Assembly (NCBI GenBank): GCA_951406725.2
Contig: OX597815.1
Span: 113,088,001-113,152,000, forward strand
DNA: 64,000 nucleotides
Source: Octopus vulgaris
Lineage: Eukaryota
Direction of reading: 5' to 3'
The position numbers and the translations under genes are program-made. Positions 27,683-42,918 of this stretch are shown here, piece by piece. A model generated the notes under the pieces. That model searched no databases. It saw nothing but the letters and a program-made list of their open reading frames with translations, and was not told the origin of the DNA. Numbering within the stretch: the stretch's first letter is position 1; every line of letters starts with the position of its first letter.

Positions 27683-28272
27683 TATATACAATTGAAATAA
27701 ACATATCAACGTACGTATTTACAGATATAATAGAGTATAAACATATAAAATATAGTAAAGAATATAGTAGACCGGGATCAGTTAATAAAAAGTATTAAAA
27801 GGAATAAAACGATGGATTTATCAGTTCCAGTTTTAAAATATTGTGGGATGTTCGGAGAGAGTAACCAACAAACTTACATATACGCATACTCATACATGTA
27901 AATATATATGTGGCTGGGGTGTATGCACACACATACACACACACACATGCACACATACACTCATATAGGCATACAAACACACATGCACACGTATGCAAAT
28001 GCACATGAATGTATATCTGTATACATATGTATTCATATGTGTTTCTCTATTTCTCTGGGTGTGTGTTTGTGTGTGTGTATATATATTACATATTTATATA
28101 ATCCGATTACGTCTCGACAGACATCTCTAACTGAAAATATATTCATATAGACTACCAAAGGATTTTAAATATAATCGAATCAAATACTGTTAAACTGTAG
28201 ATTTCTCTCTCCTTGCAGCAGTAAGTCGTTGCTTCTCGTGACATCTGTTTGCCTGAATCTAGTATAACTATA

Positions 28273-28953
28273 CTAGCTGACCCCGTGTCGTCAAAAATGT
28301 CAGCTAATTGTAGTATTTTATATATAAATAAAGTACAAAACTAAGATTTTAGTTTAATAATTCTTTTGTTACCAAAATTGTAATATCCGTTTCAACTGTA
28401 GTCTTTTATATCCTTGATACACTCAGGTAATAATTATTTTCTCTAATGAGTTTGAATGTGTATATGTTTGTGTGGGTGTGTGTGGTTTTAATAATTATTT
28501 TTAACAAAACAGATAGAATATGGATGGTAAACTAAATTGATACACTTGTCAATGTTATCTAGTGGTTATCTTTTGAGATGTGATATTGATCATCGTTTGC
28601 TATTGAAAGAACGCTGGTTCACTCACACATACATTCACATACTTCCCTTCTACACGCACACACATACACACATATACTCACACAAAGTTGAAATGCTGTT
28701 TGATTTTTTTTTCAGAGTTGAATGTTAACCATCTCACTTCCATTGAACACACACACACACACAAACAAACAAACAAACATTCACATACTTCCCCTTTACA
28801 TATACACACATATACTCACACAGATTTGAAACGTTGTTTGATTTTTCATCGTAGAATTTCCATCATCCCGCTACCAAGTTTGCCATCGCCCCTTCCTTTC
28901 TTATTCATATGCTGTGATGGAGAAAAACACAATAGTATAATTATAGTAGAAGA
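28273..28953 (-). mobile_element. Non-autonomous Helitron-like element
   Basis: Minus strand starts TC(ttctactataat) and ends CTAG, inserted between A and T; terminal hairpin tagctgac/gtcagcta; internal diverged direct repeat (about 28630-28710 and 28778-28846). Confidence 0.6.
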
Positions 28954-29138
28954 TGTTTATATGTCTTAGCTAAATACACCGAGCAGCTTATAATGTCGGA
29001 ATAAGAAACATGGATCGAAAACTGGAATTTTACTGCGTTGGCCATTTAGGACTCTTACCAGTTCTACGAGTAAAAAAATTAAAAAGGAATAAAACGATGG
29101 ATTTATTAGCTCACGTGAGATTACAATGAACATATAAA

Positions 29139-29169
<31 letters not shown>

Positions 29170-29429
29170 TGTATGTATGTATGTATGTATGCGTGTGTGT
29201 ATCATGTATGTATGTATGTATGTATGTATGTATGTATGTATTTATGTATGTATGTATGTATGTATGTATGTATGCATGTAGGTATGTATGCGTGTGTGTA
29301 TTATGTATGTATGCATGTATGTATGTATGTATGTATGTATGTATGTATGTATGTATGTATGTATGTATGTATTTATGTATGTATGTATGTATGTATGTAC
29401 ATGTATTGGTTGTATAAACTATATCAGAC

Positions 29430-29640
29430 TATGCAGACCGTTGACTGATTCAAATACCATTCAGGAAAATCGTCCACACTGACATGGTAGTCAACGGCAG
29501 AATTGCCAAAGCCGGTATTGTCTTCGATAGACTTTACAAGAACTTCTGAAAGAAGAAATATCTCAGCCTGCAAGCCAAGTTGAAGCTGTAGAAAGCCGTT
29601 GTTCTTTCTACTTTGCTCTAGGCTAGTTAAATGTGAACTG
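29430..29640 (+). mobile_element. RTE/BovB-like LINE fragment
   Basis: RIAKAGIVFDRL...LSLQAKLKL*KAVVLSTLL. Confidence 0.7.
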
Positions 29641-29787
29641 CTTTACATAAAGCAACGAGAAAAAAGATACTAATGATAGATAAACTGAATGTTCTAACAA
29701 GAGAATAATCCTTGCAGAAACTGAGTTCTGCGTGCTTAATTTTAGTACTTCTTTTATTAATTTTTAAATTTTATTTTCATTTTTCAG

Positions 29788-29984
29788 GTGGTTAAAATGA
29801 TGATTGTCGTGGTGATTATATTTGCTGTCTGCTGGCTACCAATGCATCTATACTTCTTGCTAGTCTCATCGTTTCCCAGTATCAACAGCTACCAATACAT
29901 TCAACAGATATTTCTGATTATTTACTGGATGGCTATGTCCAACTCTATGTACAACCCTATCATATATTGCTGGATGAACGCACG
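29788..29984 (+). CDS. TKRPR: Tachykinin receptor exon encoding TM6-ECL3-TM7 (equivalent to TACR exon 4)
   Basis: ttttcAG acceptor; VVKMMIVVVIIFAVCWLPMHLYFLLVSSFPSINSYQYIQQIFLIIYWMAMSNSMYNPIIYCWMNA-cg|GTaaat; CWLP and NPxxY motifs; 197 bp; joins the previous exon in frame (KQK|VVKMM). Confidence 0.96.
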
Positions 29985-30245
29985 GTAAATCGATCATTTG
30001 ACATCTTTTTTTGTTGTTCTACTTTTCATTTATTTCACTGCAATTTCATCCCCCCCTCTCTCTCTCTCTCTCTCTCTTTTTCTCTGCGTGTGTGTGTGCG
30101 GGTGTGCGGGTGTTTGTGTTTGTCCCCTACCACCGCTTCAAAATTGGTGTTGGTTTGTCTATGTCCCCGTAACTTAGCCGTTCGGCAACCTGTAGAATAA
30201 GAACTGGACTTAAAAAGAAAGTACTGGGGTCGATCCATTCAAATG

Positions 30246-30292
<47 letters not shown>

Positions 30293-30313
30293 ATATAAAT
30301 ATATATGAATATG

Positions 30314-30363
<50 letters not shown>

Positions 30364-30469
30364 TGTATGTATATACATATACATATATACACACATACAC
30401 ACACACATACAAACATATTTATATATTTGTACATGTGTATGCATATTTGTGTGTGTGTGTGTACATAGA

Positions 30470-31030
30470 TATCATATGGTGATTGCCGCTATTTACAGAA
30501 GAAGGCCATCTCTTCAATTAATAAATACTGTCATGAGATCTTATCTGACTAGCAAGAGGTCCTGTTCTTGACAAACAAACTCTCCTGCAGACCTTACAAA
30601 TATTTTTAAGCAGAAAAGTGTCTGGGATTGTAGAAATGCTCGTTACAGAATACATTGTTCAGTTCTTCGAGCTTCAAATGCTTCACATCTATTGTAGGTC
30701 ACTTGTTTCCAAACCGATCGATCTTGAGTCAGCTACTCCTAGTCTTCGACTTTCACATTAAGAGCCTTAAGGTTGCTTTTGGCAGCATCCCTAAAACGTT
30801 TCTTAGGTTTATGTCTCGGACGTTTGCCACGCTGCAACTCCCCGTAAAACAACTGCTTTAGCAACCTGCCATCCTGTATCCTAGTAAGGTGCCCAGCCCA
30901 ACGCATCTGATTGTGTATGAGGATCATGAGGATCGTTTCAATACTAGACGTGTTAGCTTGCTGAAGAATAACGGTGTTTGGTGTTAAAGACTTCCATCTG
31001 ATGTCTAGTATCCTCCTTAGGCAAGCCTTT
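30470..31030 (-). mobile_element. RTE/BovB-like LINE 3' fragment
   Basis: CLRRILDIRW...QMRWAGHLTRIQDGRLLKQLFYGELQRGKRPRHKPKKRFRD. Confidence 0.88.
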
Positions 31031-31037
31031 AACATAC

Positions 31038-31093
<56 letters not shown>

Positions 31094-31116
31094 ATTATTA
31101 ATGTAGTTGTTACTAT

Positions 31117-31169
<53 letters not shown>

Positions 31170-31171
<2 letters not shown>

Positions 31172-31360
31172 GGTTCCAAATTTTGGCACAAATCCAGCAG
31201 GTTTGGGGGAGGATTTAAGTCGATTACATCGACCCAGTGTTTAATTGGTACTTATGTTAATGACCCCGAAAGGATGAAAAGCAAAGTCAACCCTGGCAGA
31301 ATTTGAACTCTGAACGCAAAGACGGACGAAGTACCGCTAAGCATTACTGCCAGCTCACTG
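31170..31360 (-). mobile_element. SINE family A, diverged, with (AAT)n at its tail
   Basis: Core gaccccgaaaggatgaaaagcaaagtcaac; similar copies at 32770-32945, 41827-42010 (+) and 50400-50602. Confidence 0.8.
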
Positions 31361-33730
31361 CAATAATAATACAAGCTGAAACACTGATTAATCAAACGCT
31401 TGATGATAAATAGCACCGTGATAATACGTAATTAAAATATTAGTATGCATATCGAAATATAAGTTATATTTCGTCATAAAATCTGTTATATAATTTTTAT
31501 ATGTATAGCATGTGATATCTTTAGTTTTGGCATACAAAAATACATGATATCATATGTGTAAGATACACAACAGTTGTAGTGTTGATAAATAATTGGATGT
31601 TTTGTTTTGTTTATTTTTTCCCTTTTTTTGCCCAATATCAGACCATCTTCCATGTTCTGGTATATCCTTATATGAGAAATAAACTATTTTAACCAGTTGA
31701 TATTTGAAAATTCCACATGAATATCGATGGATGTGTCTACAATATAATTCAAAAATTCCAATATTTAGTTCAAAATTGCTAAATCTGCATTAACAATAAC
31801 GACCTTTCATACTTTATTGTATTTTACACATATGATACTATGGACAATAATATATCACTTGTTTTTGCTTGCAAATATATCCATAATAATTGAATATATA
31901 AATGTGTGATGCATTTACTAACATCGTTTTAGAAATCCTGTTCCTTTTATTTTTTATGTTTTGACATGTTTACAAACATTTTTTCTTATATATTATTACT
32001 CTGCCCCTCTTCTTTAATTGTTTCTATAACTGAGTGAGTGAAACTTAGAGTAATGATTCAAGAAGCTTTAGCTATAGTTGATGGAAATTGATCATAACTT
32101 GATATTTCATGAAAGGAAATACTCAGAAATCATTAGACAAGAAAATAAAGCTGTTATTGAAATATCGGTGAAGCATACGTTAATGATACGCAAATTTTCA
32201 GGCAATATTTTGAGGTAAATGTTGTAAGGAGCACAACTCGTTTCATAATATTGTTGGAGTGATATACACCCCTGGACGATTAAAAATTGTTGCATTTTTC
32301 AAATATATAAAAGGTTATTTCTTCTTTCAGAAATGAAAAATAGAAAAATACTACAAAACTATCCTGTTATGACTAGAGCTTTAAAGAACATGTTTTAGAT
32401 ATCAAACAGTATATTCACGAAAATGCAGAAGATGCAGAAATGAAAAAAATCGTTTATGAGTTATTTACATCAGAGAAGGGCATCCTATAGAAATACCACA
32501 AATAAATCTGAAATATTTCTAAAAATTAGATCAGAAATATTTAATTAATACCGCCACTTCGACAAGTATTTGCTCAAACGCTGGAAGAACTTGCCATCAT
32601 CCAACAGAATGTCGGGAAAATCTATTTTCTTCTTTGCTCTTAAACCTCATCTAGCGTGTAATATGGTTCAAGGTGCACAGGATCTAATCAAAAGGCAGAA
32701 TGGTCATGATATAAGCTCACCAGAAGCTAGACAATAGCAACAACGATGATGATTTCTGTAAATATTGGGTTCAAATTTTGGCAAAACGACCACCAATTCC
32801 TCAACTGGTACTTATTTTATCGACCCCCAAAAGGATAAAAGGCAAAGTTGACCCCGGTGGCATTTAAACTCAGAACGTAAAGTCGGACAAAATGCCGCTA
32901 ATCATTTTGCCCGAGATGCTGACGATTTTGCCAGTTCGCCGCCGTCATTTATAGATTGCAGCAATTATTGGCAATGATAATGTTACGGCATGTTATTTCA
33001 TCAACAACAACAACAACATCAATAACATCAACATAATCATCGTCATAATCGCACACATTGTCGTCATTCATCAGCAGCATTCACATCACCTTTACAACAC
33101 AAAAATATAATCACCAACGTCGTCTTTATCACCGAAGTCACCGTCATCATCATCATTATTATTACCATCATCATCGTCGTCTTCATCGTCATCATCGTCG
33201 TCGTCATCATCAAACCTATCGTTGTTGCTGTTGTTGCCGCAATAGAAGATCAGTGGTCTAATTTCTGTTCACGTGTGAAAATAGCTTCAACTGGAATTGA
33301 CTTGAGATTTGAAACTTCTAAGAATCCGGCCACGGGGACTATGCCTTGGGCAAATTCGGTAGAGCAATTTGCATTCCATTCAAAATATGGTTTCACGTCG
33401 TAAATACTACGCCATTGGAAAATCGTAGTCATCGTCATCTTCATTATTATCCTATTCATCATTATCATCAACATTATCGTCATCGCCGATATCGTCGTAG
33501 TAGTCAAGGATAACTATCTAAACAACATCAATATCTCTGCTGTAGAAACAATGAAGCTACAGTCATTAATTCGCTCATCACATCCAGACTGTTTCTGTGC
33601 CTTTCATACGCAGACATTGTCAGTAACGAGATGTGAATGTATGTGTCCATTAGTATGTACATGTCGGGCGGGGATGTACATATGCGCCGGTATACATATA
33701 TCATACATACACAGAGACATATATGTATAA

Positions 33731-33792
<62 letters not shown>

Positions 33793-33796
33793 ATGT

Positions 33797-33858
<62 letters not shown>

Positions 33859-34026
33859 CGCATAGGCCGATTAATACCAGTATGGCAATATTTCCACATT
33901 CTTCTATGGAATAACTCTTTTTCAATAATGTCCCTACTTCAGATAGTTTTCAATTTACGATAATGCCACTGCAAAATGTTATTGCTACTGTCGTTATTGT
34001 TGCTGGTACTGTTGCAGCCAACAGTA

Positions 34027-34067
<41 letters not shown>

Positions 34068-34283
34068 AACGACGATGACGATGATGATGATGACGACGAT
34101 GACGATGATGATGATGATGACGAGGGGGAAAAGTAAGAAGCCTTCGTCACCTCCACTTCCTATACAAAGTTAGTCTCAATATTTTTCGATTATAAAAGGT
34201 GCATATGGATTTTCCTACTAATCTGTGCGATATAAATACTGCACTATAACTTTTCGAGATGCTTATTTCAAAAGAAATCTATA

Positions 34284-34670
<387 letters not shown>

Positions 34671-34858
34671 AAATGACGACAACAGCGGCGACAACAATAA
34701 TTGAAGAATGGAAGTCCTTTTGTATTATATGGTGAATAAAGTATTGTAGAGAAGCATTCTTTCCATAATTCTTTCATCGTCCGTTAACATTGAAAATATT
34801 TAATCACATTTATCTCTTTGCTTTCGACGTGTTCCTTTTAAAAATAACAATGATATTG

Positions 34859-34936
<78 letters not shown>

Positions 34937-36521
34937 CATGTATGTATATAGACGGTTGTATACAGTGAATCATAACAAATCAATGCAGATGTATATATGC
35001 ATACATACATACATTCATACATACATACATACATACATACATACATACATACATACATGCATACATACATACATACATACATACATACATACGTACGTAC
35101 ATTGGATTTTATAATATCAACATAATCTAAAATTATTGTGTATATGTTGCCTTTTCTAGAGGTAACAAATTGATGTGACTAGATATAAGACCAACTCTTT
35201 CAAGGGTTATTGATGGCAGTATATTACTGTTACTTTGACTTTATCTATTGCAGAGTGTCAAAGGAGAAATCAAACTAGGCATAAATTTGAACTGAGAATG
35301 CAAAAGCCAAAACTAATAACTGTAAATTTTGAAATGCCGCAGATTTTTGCAACTCACTCTTTCGAATTTTAATGATAGGTGCCTCAGCGTAGCTGCAGTC
35401 CAATGGCTGAAACAATTTAAAGATAAAAGATTGCCTCTTATATCTTTCCACCACCGAATCGCAGCCGGCAATGAATATGCATGGTGCTTATGCATTGTCA
35501 GAGAAATAAATATGACATTAGTCACTAATCCTATTCAATGATTTGATCTTGGTTCTGTCATGCCAACGATTTGTTCATCATTTTATCATTGCTATCGCCG
35601 ATTGGAACGGAGGAAGATAGTCAACTGGTCGAACCAGTTTAAAATTAGTTGGATTGGTCTATTGATAGAGAAATATCTTGATCATGACCGTGTTCCTGTG
35701 ATAAAATTGTTTACTTCTCAGTATGTTGTCGGTTACTGTACTGCGTCTGATATTTACGATCTCAAGACGTGCATTCACACAATATTGGGTTCCTCTTTAT
35801 AATAGCATCTTGAGCAAATGCCTTTTACCATAGATTCAGATCAACTCTTGTTTTATTATGGAAATTCGGTAGGGGAAAACTGTGAAGGAATCTGTCGGTT
35901 GAATTGTTCCTTTAAATCAGAGATTCAACTTAATCACACTGTATCATGTTTCTTCTAAGAGACAGCTTGGTCACACACTGGTTCGCCTTGAAAATTATGC
36001 CAAGCGTACAACTTCCTTTGAAATATCCAGCCACTCTATTTCAATAAGTTTTGTAATGTCCATGTGATATTGCGGTACATACGAACATGTTTATAGTGAT
36101 GTAATTCACTTTGACTATCACAATCCGCGTATATTGCACTGCAAAGAAGACAAAGTGCCTGGTGTTAATATTTCTGGCAATGCCCCTCGCTGTCATCCTT
36201 GTGTTGCATTGACCCATGTAATGACGCATAAGTGTCCTTTCGGAACTAAGGACAAATCCAGGAGACAGGATGAAGACAAGAGATAGCAGATAGATTGTAC
36301 ACGTTTCAACTGGTTCGATAAATAAAATATTGCCCATACATTAACTAGTGCTAATTTTGATTCATTTGATTCATTTTAGAGGGTGCACAAAGCTCCACTT
36401 GTTTTTGTCAACTTTATCCTATCGTGCACTTGGATAAAGTATTGGGCAAGGAGAGCAAGCTTTCCATAGTGCATTCCTGTCATCTGAATTCGAGAATTTC
36501 CACTTTGGGAAGCGTTTTCTA

Positions 36522-36573
<52 letters not shown>

Positions 36574-36579
36574 TGTGTG

Positions 36580-36610
<31 letters not shown>

Positions 36611-36635
36611 CTGTGTGTGTGTCTATGTGTGTGTG

Positions 36636-36681
<46 letters not shown>

Positions 36682-37027
36682 CTGTGTCCATGTGTGTGGG
36701 AGTTTGTTTGTGTGTGTATATGTGCACAAGGGTACGTATACGTGTATGAATGTGATAATCTGTGTTTTGTTATTGTTTGTGTTACACAAATCTTCAAATA
36801 AACTCTTATCTGCGTCAGGATTGTTGGCTGTTCATATTTTCACTTAATATACTTTTACAGTTCGTGTGTTTTATCTGTGCAAATGTTTTTGGTTGGTTGC
36901 GAGAGCATGTCTGGTTGATATTTTTTTTATTTTAAGTCTACTAGCGAAGATATGCTTAAAATGCATTTACTTTTTCATAAACATGACAGAAGAAAAAAGA
37001 CGTATATGCACACAGATATACCCACAC

Positions 37028-37069
<42 letters not shown>

Positions 37070-37071
37070 TT

Positions 37072-37456
37072 TCTTCTACTTGTTTCAGCCATTTGACTGC
37101 GGCTATGCTAGAGCACTGCCTTGAGAGCTTAGCCGAACAAATCGACCCCAGGACTTATTTCGTAAGCCTAGTACTTATTCCATCGGTGTCTTTTGCTGAA
37201 CTGCTAGGTTACGGAGACGTAAACACACCATCACCGGTTGTCAAGTTAAACACTGATACAAAGACACACACACATACAAACATATATATATATACGACGG
37301 ACTTCTTTCAGTTTCCATCCACCAACTCCACTCACAAGGCTTTGGTCGGCCCGAGGCTATTTTAGAAGACACTCGCCAAAGGTCCCATGCCGTGGGACTG
37401 AACCCAGAACCATGTGGTTGGGAAGCAAGCTTCTAACCCCACAGCCACACCTGCGC
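37072..37456 (-). mobile_element. SINE family B
   Basis: Homologous to 5795-6320. Confidence 0.85.
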
Positions 37457-37628
37457 ACTTATTCCCACAACTACGTCTGTGTCTATATATATATAATTTC
37501 ATATATATATATTGGCCTGCTCACTTAGCCAGCGGGGTGGCGTCATTTGAAGGCTAAACAATGCGAAGCGCATTGTGACCAGCGATGTGTAGCAACATCT
37601 GATAGCCTGGTCGGTCACGGTGATCACG

Positions 37629-37686
<58 letters not shown>

Positions 37687-37809
37687 CATCTTTGCCAGCA
37701 GAGAGTGCTGGGGTAATATTTTGATCAAAAGTAACGCATTGCCCGGTCCAGGAATCGAAACAACAATCTTGAGTGCAACACTCTAATCACTATGGCATGC
37801 ACTTCCAAA

Positions 37810-37843
<34 letters not shown>

Positions 37844-37871
37844 GGATGGACATACAGACAGACAGACAGAC

Positions 37872-37962
<91 letters not shown>

Positions 37963-38689
37963 ATTCATCAAATTTGTCTATCGTTTTATAGAAGATTGAG
38001 TGTAATTCGAGAACGAATTACTCTTGGCCGAGAGACTACGTAGATCCTTGTGCTTTTGCAAAGACGACTCCCTCGAGTATCTACTTTCTTTTACTTACAT
38101 TACAGATTCAAAAGAAATATAAACATCATATTAGGTTGCAATAGGAAATTGTACAGAAGCTGTTTTGTGGTTGATGATTTATTTCCAATTCTACTTTAGA
38201 AATATTTGTTTCTTTGCTGTTTGTGGATGCTGTTGCTGTTTTATCACGTCTTACAATCTAGTTATATTTTTCGTTCTTTTTTTCTTTAAACTTTCACAAA
38301 CATTTAAAAGCAATACGAAAATGTGATATAGAGCTTCGTTAACAACGTTTTTCCTTCCGTAATATGTTTTCCATAAACGGAAGTAATCTTTTGAAATAAA
38401 CCAAAAGTGAAAAGAGAATAATTTTGTGGTGCACCTCAACGAAATATTGACAGGAAACACATCTACTCTCGCTTTGAATAAAAAGAAACTAAATTTCTAA
38501 GAATTTCATTTGCATATCTTTGCACATAATTCTACCCTCCTTCCAACTTTTCACTTCATGGGAGTCCCTCCAAATAAAAGTTTCCATAATTCAGCAACGT
38601 TGTTAAATCAGCTGTTCTAAATTAAATTAGACACATCCATTTAATTCAGATCTGTATGTATAGATTGATGAATAGCGAGACAGACAGAC

Positions 38690-38770
<81 letters not shown>

Positions 38771-38782
38771 CACACACACATG

Positions 38783-38813
<31 letters not shown>

Positions 38814-38928
38814 ACGCACACGCACGCACATAAACACATATACATATGTGTGCGTATGTATGTAGGTTTGGTGATGCAAACAGGAAAAATAGAACTCAAA
38901 ACTGGAGTGTGAGCGTGTGTGAGCATGT

Positions 38929-39009
<81 letters not shown>

Positions 39010-39679
39010 TGTAGATATATGATCACAGTCACGCAAACACACATACATCACATTTAAGTATATTTTACTCTGTGCAAATTTTTTTATTTTCAGTTTGTAA
39101 ATAGTTAAGTTGCAATGACAGCTAGTAACTGCCAAATCAATATAAAACGTTTCTTTTCCTCGTCTTTTCCGACGATTCACAGAAAAAACATTCATCATTA
39201 ATACTAAAAAAAGTAATAATATTTCCCCTTCTAAAAAAATACGAATATGTCCCACACTTGTTTTCTTTTCTTTCTTTTTTTTGTTGCTGTTTTTGTTTTC
39301 TAAAAGCCAAATATAAAAAATAAAATACAACTCTAGTTTTTTTAGGTTTCCTTTAACATTGCTGATTCTTGAAACGTGTCACCGTATTTACTTGCCGAGT
39401 TAGGTAAGTGTGTGTATGTGTGTGTGTGTGTGTATGTGTGTGTGTGTGTGTGTGCGTGTATTTGTGTCTGTGAGTATGTGTGCGCGTATGCTTGGGAGTG
39501 TGTATGTGTGTGTGCGTAATTCTATGTATGTGTGTTGTCTGTGTGTGTGTGGTGAGGGGCATGTGGTGATGAGGAAGGGGAGGAGGAAGAGGACGTGGAG
39601 GAACATCAACAACAACTACTACGACTACTACTACTATTACAACAGTAACTACATACACATAAACACATACATTTTAAAA

Positions 39680-39718
39680 TACACAAACACATTATATATG
39701 TATGTGTATGAATATATG

Positions 39719-39772
<54 letters not shown>

Positions 39773-39885
39773 CATATATACATGCATACATATATATAGA
39801 TAGATAGATATAGATATAGATATACGTACATATGTATATACATATATATACGTATACATATAAACGTATATATACATATGTATAC

Positions 39886-39927
<42 letters not shown>

Positions 39928-40004
39928 GTGTATATATGTATGGATGCATATATATATAAATATGTATATATATATATATATATATATAGACATGCGCATA
40001 CATA

Positions 40005-40082
<78 letters not shown>

Positions 40083-40261
40083 TACATATATATGTATGTA
40101 TAGGCGTATGTATGTATGTGTATATGTATGTACAAATATATGCGTGTGTGTGCGTGTATAAGAATAAATAAATATATATATATATATATGTATATGTATG
40201 TGTATATATATATATACATATATACAGACAGACAGACAGGTAGATAGCTAGATAGTCAGAC

Positions 40262-40335
<74 letters not shown>

Positions 40336-40374
40336 TTATTCTATATGTGTATACGCACACATATAGTACATATA

Positions 40375-40430
<56 letters not shown>
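39680..40430. repeat. Large compound TA/GATA/TG microsatellite block
   Basis: Direct inspection. Confidence 0.95.
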
Positions 40431-40817
40431 CTGTACAAATCTCAAGTGCCAGTGCAATAATGAGAAGCAATTGACAGAGCATTCATAATTACAAGTGTCC
40501 ATCAGAGGATAAGCAGTCACTTTGACACAAATATGTGGGGAATTGAAAATTAAAGACTTTTGTTACTTTCCCAAGGATATTAGTGAAGTAAATGCAATAG
40601 CTAACTCCTACAACATTAACCGGAAGCATACCATATTCAACAACGTTTCGTTCATTCATTTTCATTGAATTCTTCGATATTATTGAGATTCTTGTATATC
40701 GCTCTTCAGAATAATTAAATATATATAAAATCTTCTTCGAAAATGTGTGTGAATGCGTATGTATATGTATGTATGCATGTGTGTATGCAGATGTGTACAG
40801 GTATGTATGTGTATATA

Positions 40818-41800
40818 TTGGCTTGACAAGAAAGTAATTTCAGTTTTTTAGTGTGAAATAAATGTCATTTTTTTTTTCATACAAAGAATGAACTTCAATC
40901 AATTATATAGTTTCCATTTTGTTCGATGACCTTTTGCCATCTTTCTGGCAACTTCAAGATTCCCTGCTCATAGAACTTCTGGTCCTTATCAGCGAAAAAC
41001 TGAAGCAAGTGCAATTTCAGATCATCATCATTATTGAAAGCTTTACCAATCAAAGAATTTTGCAAACTTCGAAATAAATGGTAATCAGATGGTGCAAGAT
41101 TAGGGCTATATGGTGGATGTGACATCACTTCCCAACCAAGCTCCAATAACTTTTCACGAGTTGGCAAAGATGTGTGATGTCTAGCGTTGTCATGGTAGAA
41201 AACGATTTTTTTACGATTCGCTATTCTCGCCGTTTTTCTTTTATTCCTTCCTCCAGTTTAAGAGTAAACATCTGAATTGATTGTTTGGTTCCTTGGAAGC
41301 AGCTCAAAATGCACAACACCTTCGTAATCCTACCAAAATTGACAGCATGACCTTTTTTATGCAATTCACCTTTCGATGTGCTTTGTGCGTTCATTACGCT
41401 TGGACCATGATCGTTTTCGATTGATGTTATTGTGTCTTCGATTGATGTTATTGCGTTTGAGATGCATGTTGCAAATATTAATTCGTTGTGTTAAATGAAT
41501 CTCTTTCAATTTATGTGGAACCCAAATATCGAACTTCTTAACGAGTCCAAGACATTTAAAGTGATTTTCAACTGTTGTGTGTGATACATTTAACCTCTCT
41601 GCAATCTCTCGCACAGTTATATGACCATCAGTTTCAATCATGGCTTTGATTCGGTCATCAACTTCGGTAGGTCGACCAGAATGTTGATCATCTTTGAGTG
41701 AAAAATCTCCAGAACGGAATTTTTAAAACTACTTCTGACGTGCGTTCTGTTAAGCAATCAACACAATAAACTTTGAGAGCCTCAGCAGCTTTTTTGCCTT
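40818..41800 (-). mobile_element. Mariner (DD34D) transposon remnant
   Basis: LGWEVMSHPPYSPNLAPSDYHLFRSLQN...LPERWQKVIEQNGNYI; WVPHKL motif; mariner-type TIR ttggcttgacaagaaagtaatttcagttttt at 40818. Confidence 0.93.
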
Positions 41801-42060
41801 TATGTGTTATTAATGGACAGCGTAAAGCGGTGAGAGGTGGCAGAATGGTTAGCAGCAGCATTTCGTCCGTCTTTGCGTTCTGAGTTCAAATTCTGCTTTC
41901 ATCCTTTCGCGGTCGATAAAATACGTACCAGTTGAGCACTGAGGTCGATCTAATCGACTATACCTCACCCACTAAATTTCAAGCCATCTACCTATTGTAG
42001 AAAGAATTATTATTTACATTATTTACATTTGACGGATATTTGTCCTCATCTTAGTTGTTA

Positions 42061-42104
42061 ACACAACGTTTCGGCTGATATACCCTCCAGCCTTCATTAG
42101 GTGT
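42061..42104 (-). ncRNA. Minimal hammerhead motif, G5A variant
   Basis: Minus strand acac CTAATGA a ggctg-gagggtatat-cagcc GAAAC GTT gtgt. Confidence 0.7.
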
Positions 42105-42149
42105 CTTGGGGAAATTTTGAACCTGGGTTCTCATTCCATGTTATTAATA

Positions 42150-42227
<78 letters not shown>

Positions 42228-42690
42228 GATCACTGCCTAGAATACCATGTAAAGAGAGGGATTGCTAAGTGCCTAAAACATCGAGCAAAGAATATAAGTA
42301 GCGATCGTGATACACTCGAATAAAAAAATGATGAAGCTCAAAAACAATCTATTAAGCAACAACTACCCCAAAAACATACTGCCCACTCCAATTACGAAGA
42401 AAAGAGAAGATGAAACCAATAAACTGTCTGTCTACCCTATGTGAGAGGCCTCTCCGAAAAGATACAAAAGATATGCAGCCCATATGACATCAGGACAGTA
42501 GTCAAGAGTATTACAGCACTTCACAAATATCTCCTTCGAGTAAAACCACCAATGGAAGAAAATATGACCAAAGACTGCGTGTACTACATTCAGCTGTGGT
42601 AGGTTATACAAAGACGAAACATGCCGCTCCATCAAAATAAAGCTAGACGAACATCGTAAAGCTGTGACACAAGGAGATATTGATAAATCG

Positions 42691-42918
42691 GGTGAGCTGG
42701 CAGAATCGTTAGCACGCCGGGCGAAATGCGTAGCCGTATTTCGTCTGTCGTTACGTTCTGAGTTCAAATTCCACCGAGGTCGACTTTGCCTTTCATCCTT
42801 TCGGGGTCGATAAATTAAGTACCAGTTACGCACTGGGGTCGATGTAATCGACTCAATCTCTTTGTCTGTCCTTGTTTGTCCCCTCTATGTTTAGCCCCAT
42901 GTGGGTAGTAAAGAAATA
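42691..42918 (+). mobile_element. SINE family A nested in the Penelope endonuclease
   Basis: Near full-length copy; Penelope protein similarity resumes right after it. Confidence 0.92.

Noticed and set aside
29430-31030. Two RTE fragments from nearly consecutive parts of the element flanking the TM6-7 exon in opposite orientation, suggesting an inversion
   Set aside because: An inversion would have flipped the conserved exon; independent insertions of an abundant family are simpler.
35300-36350. Non-repetitive intronic stretch with short ORFs, possible nested gene
   Set aside because: No recognisable protein motif or convincing exon structure; probably an old TE.
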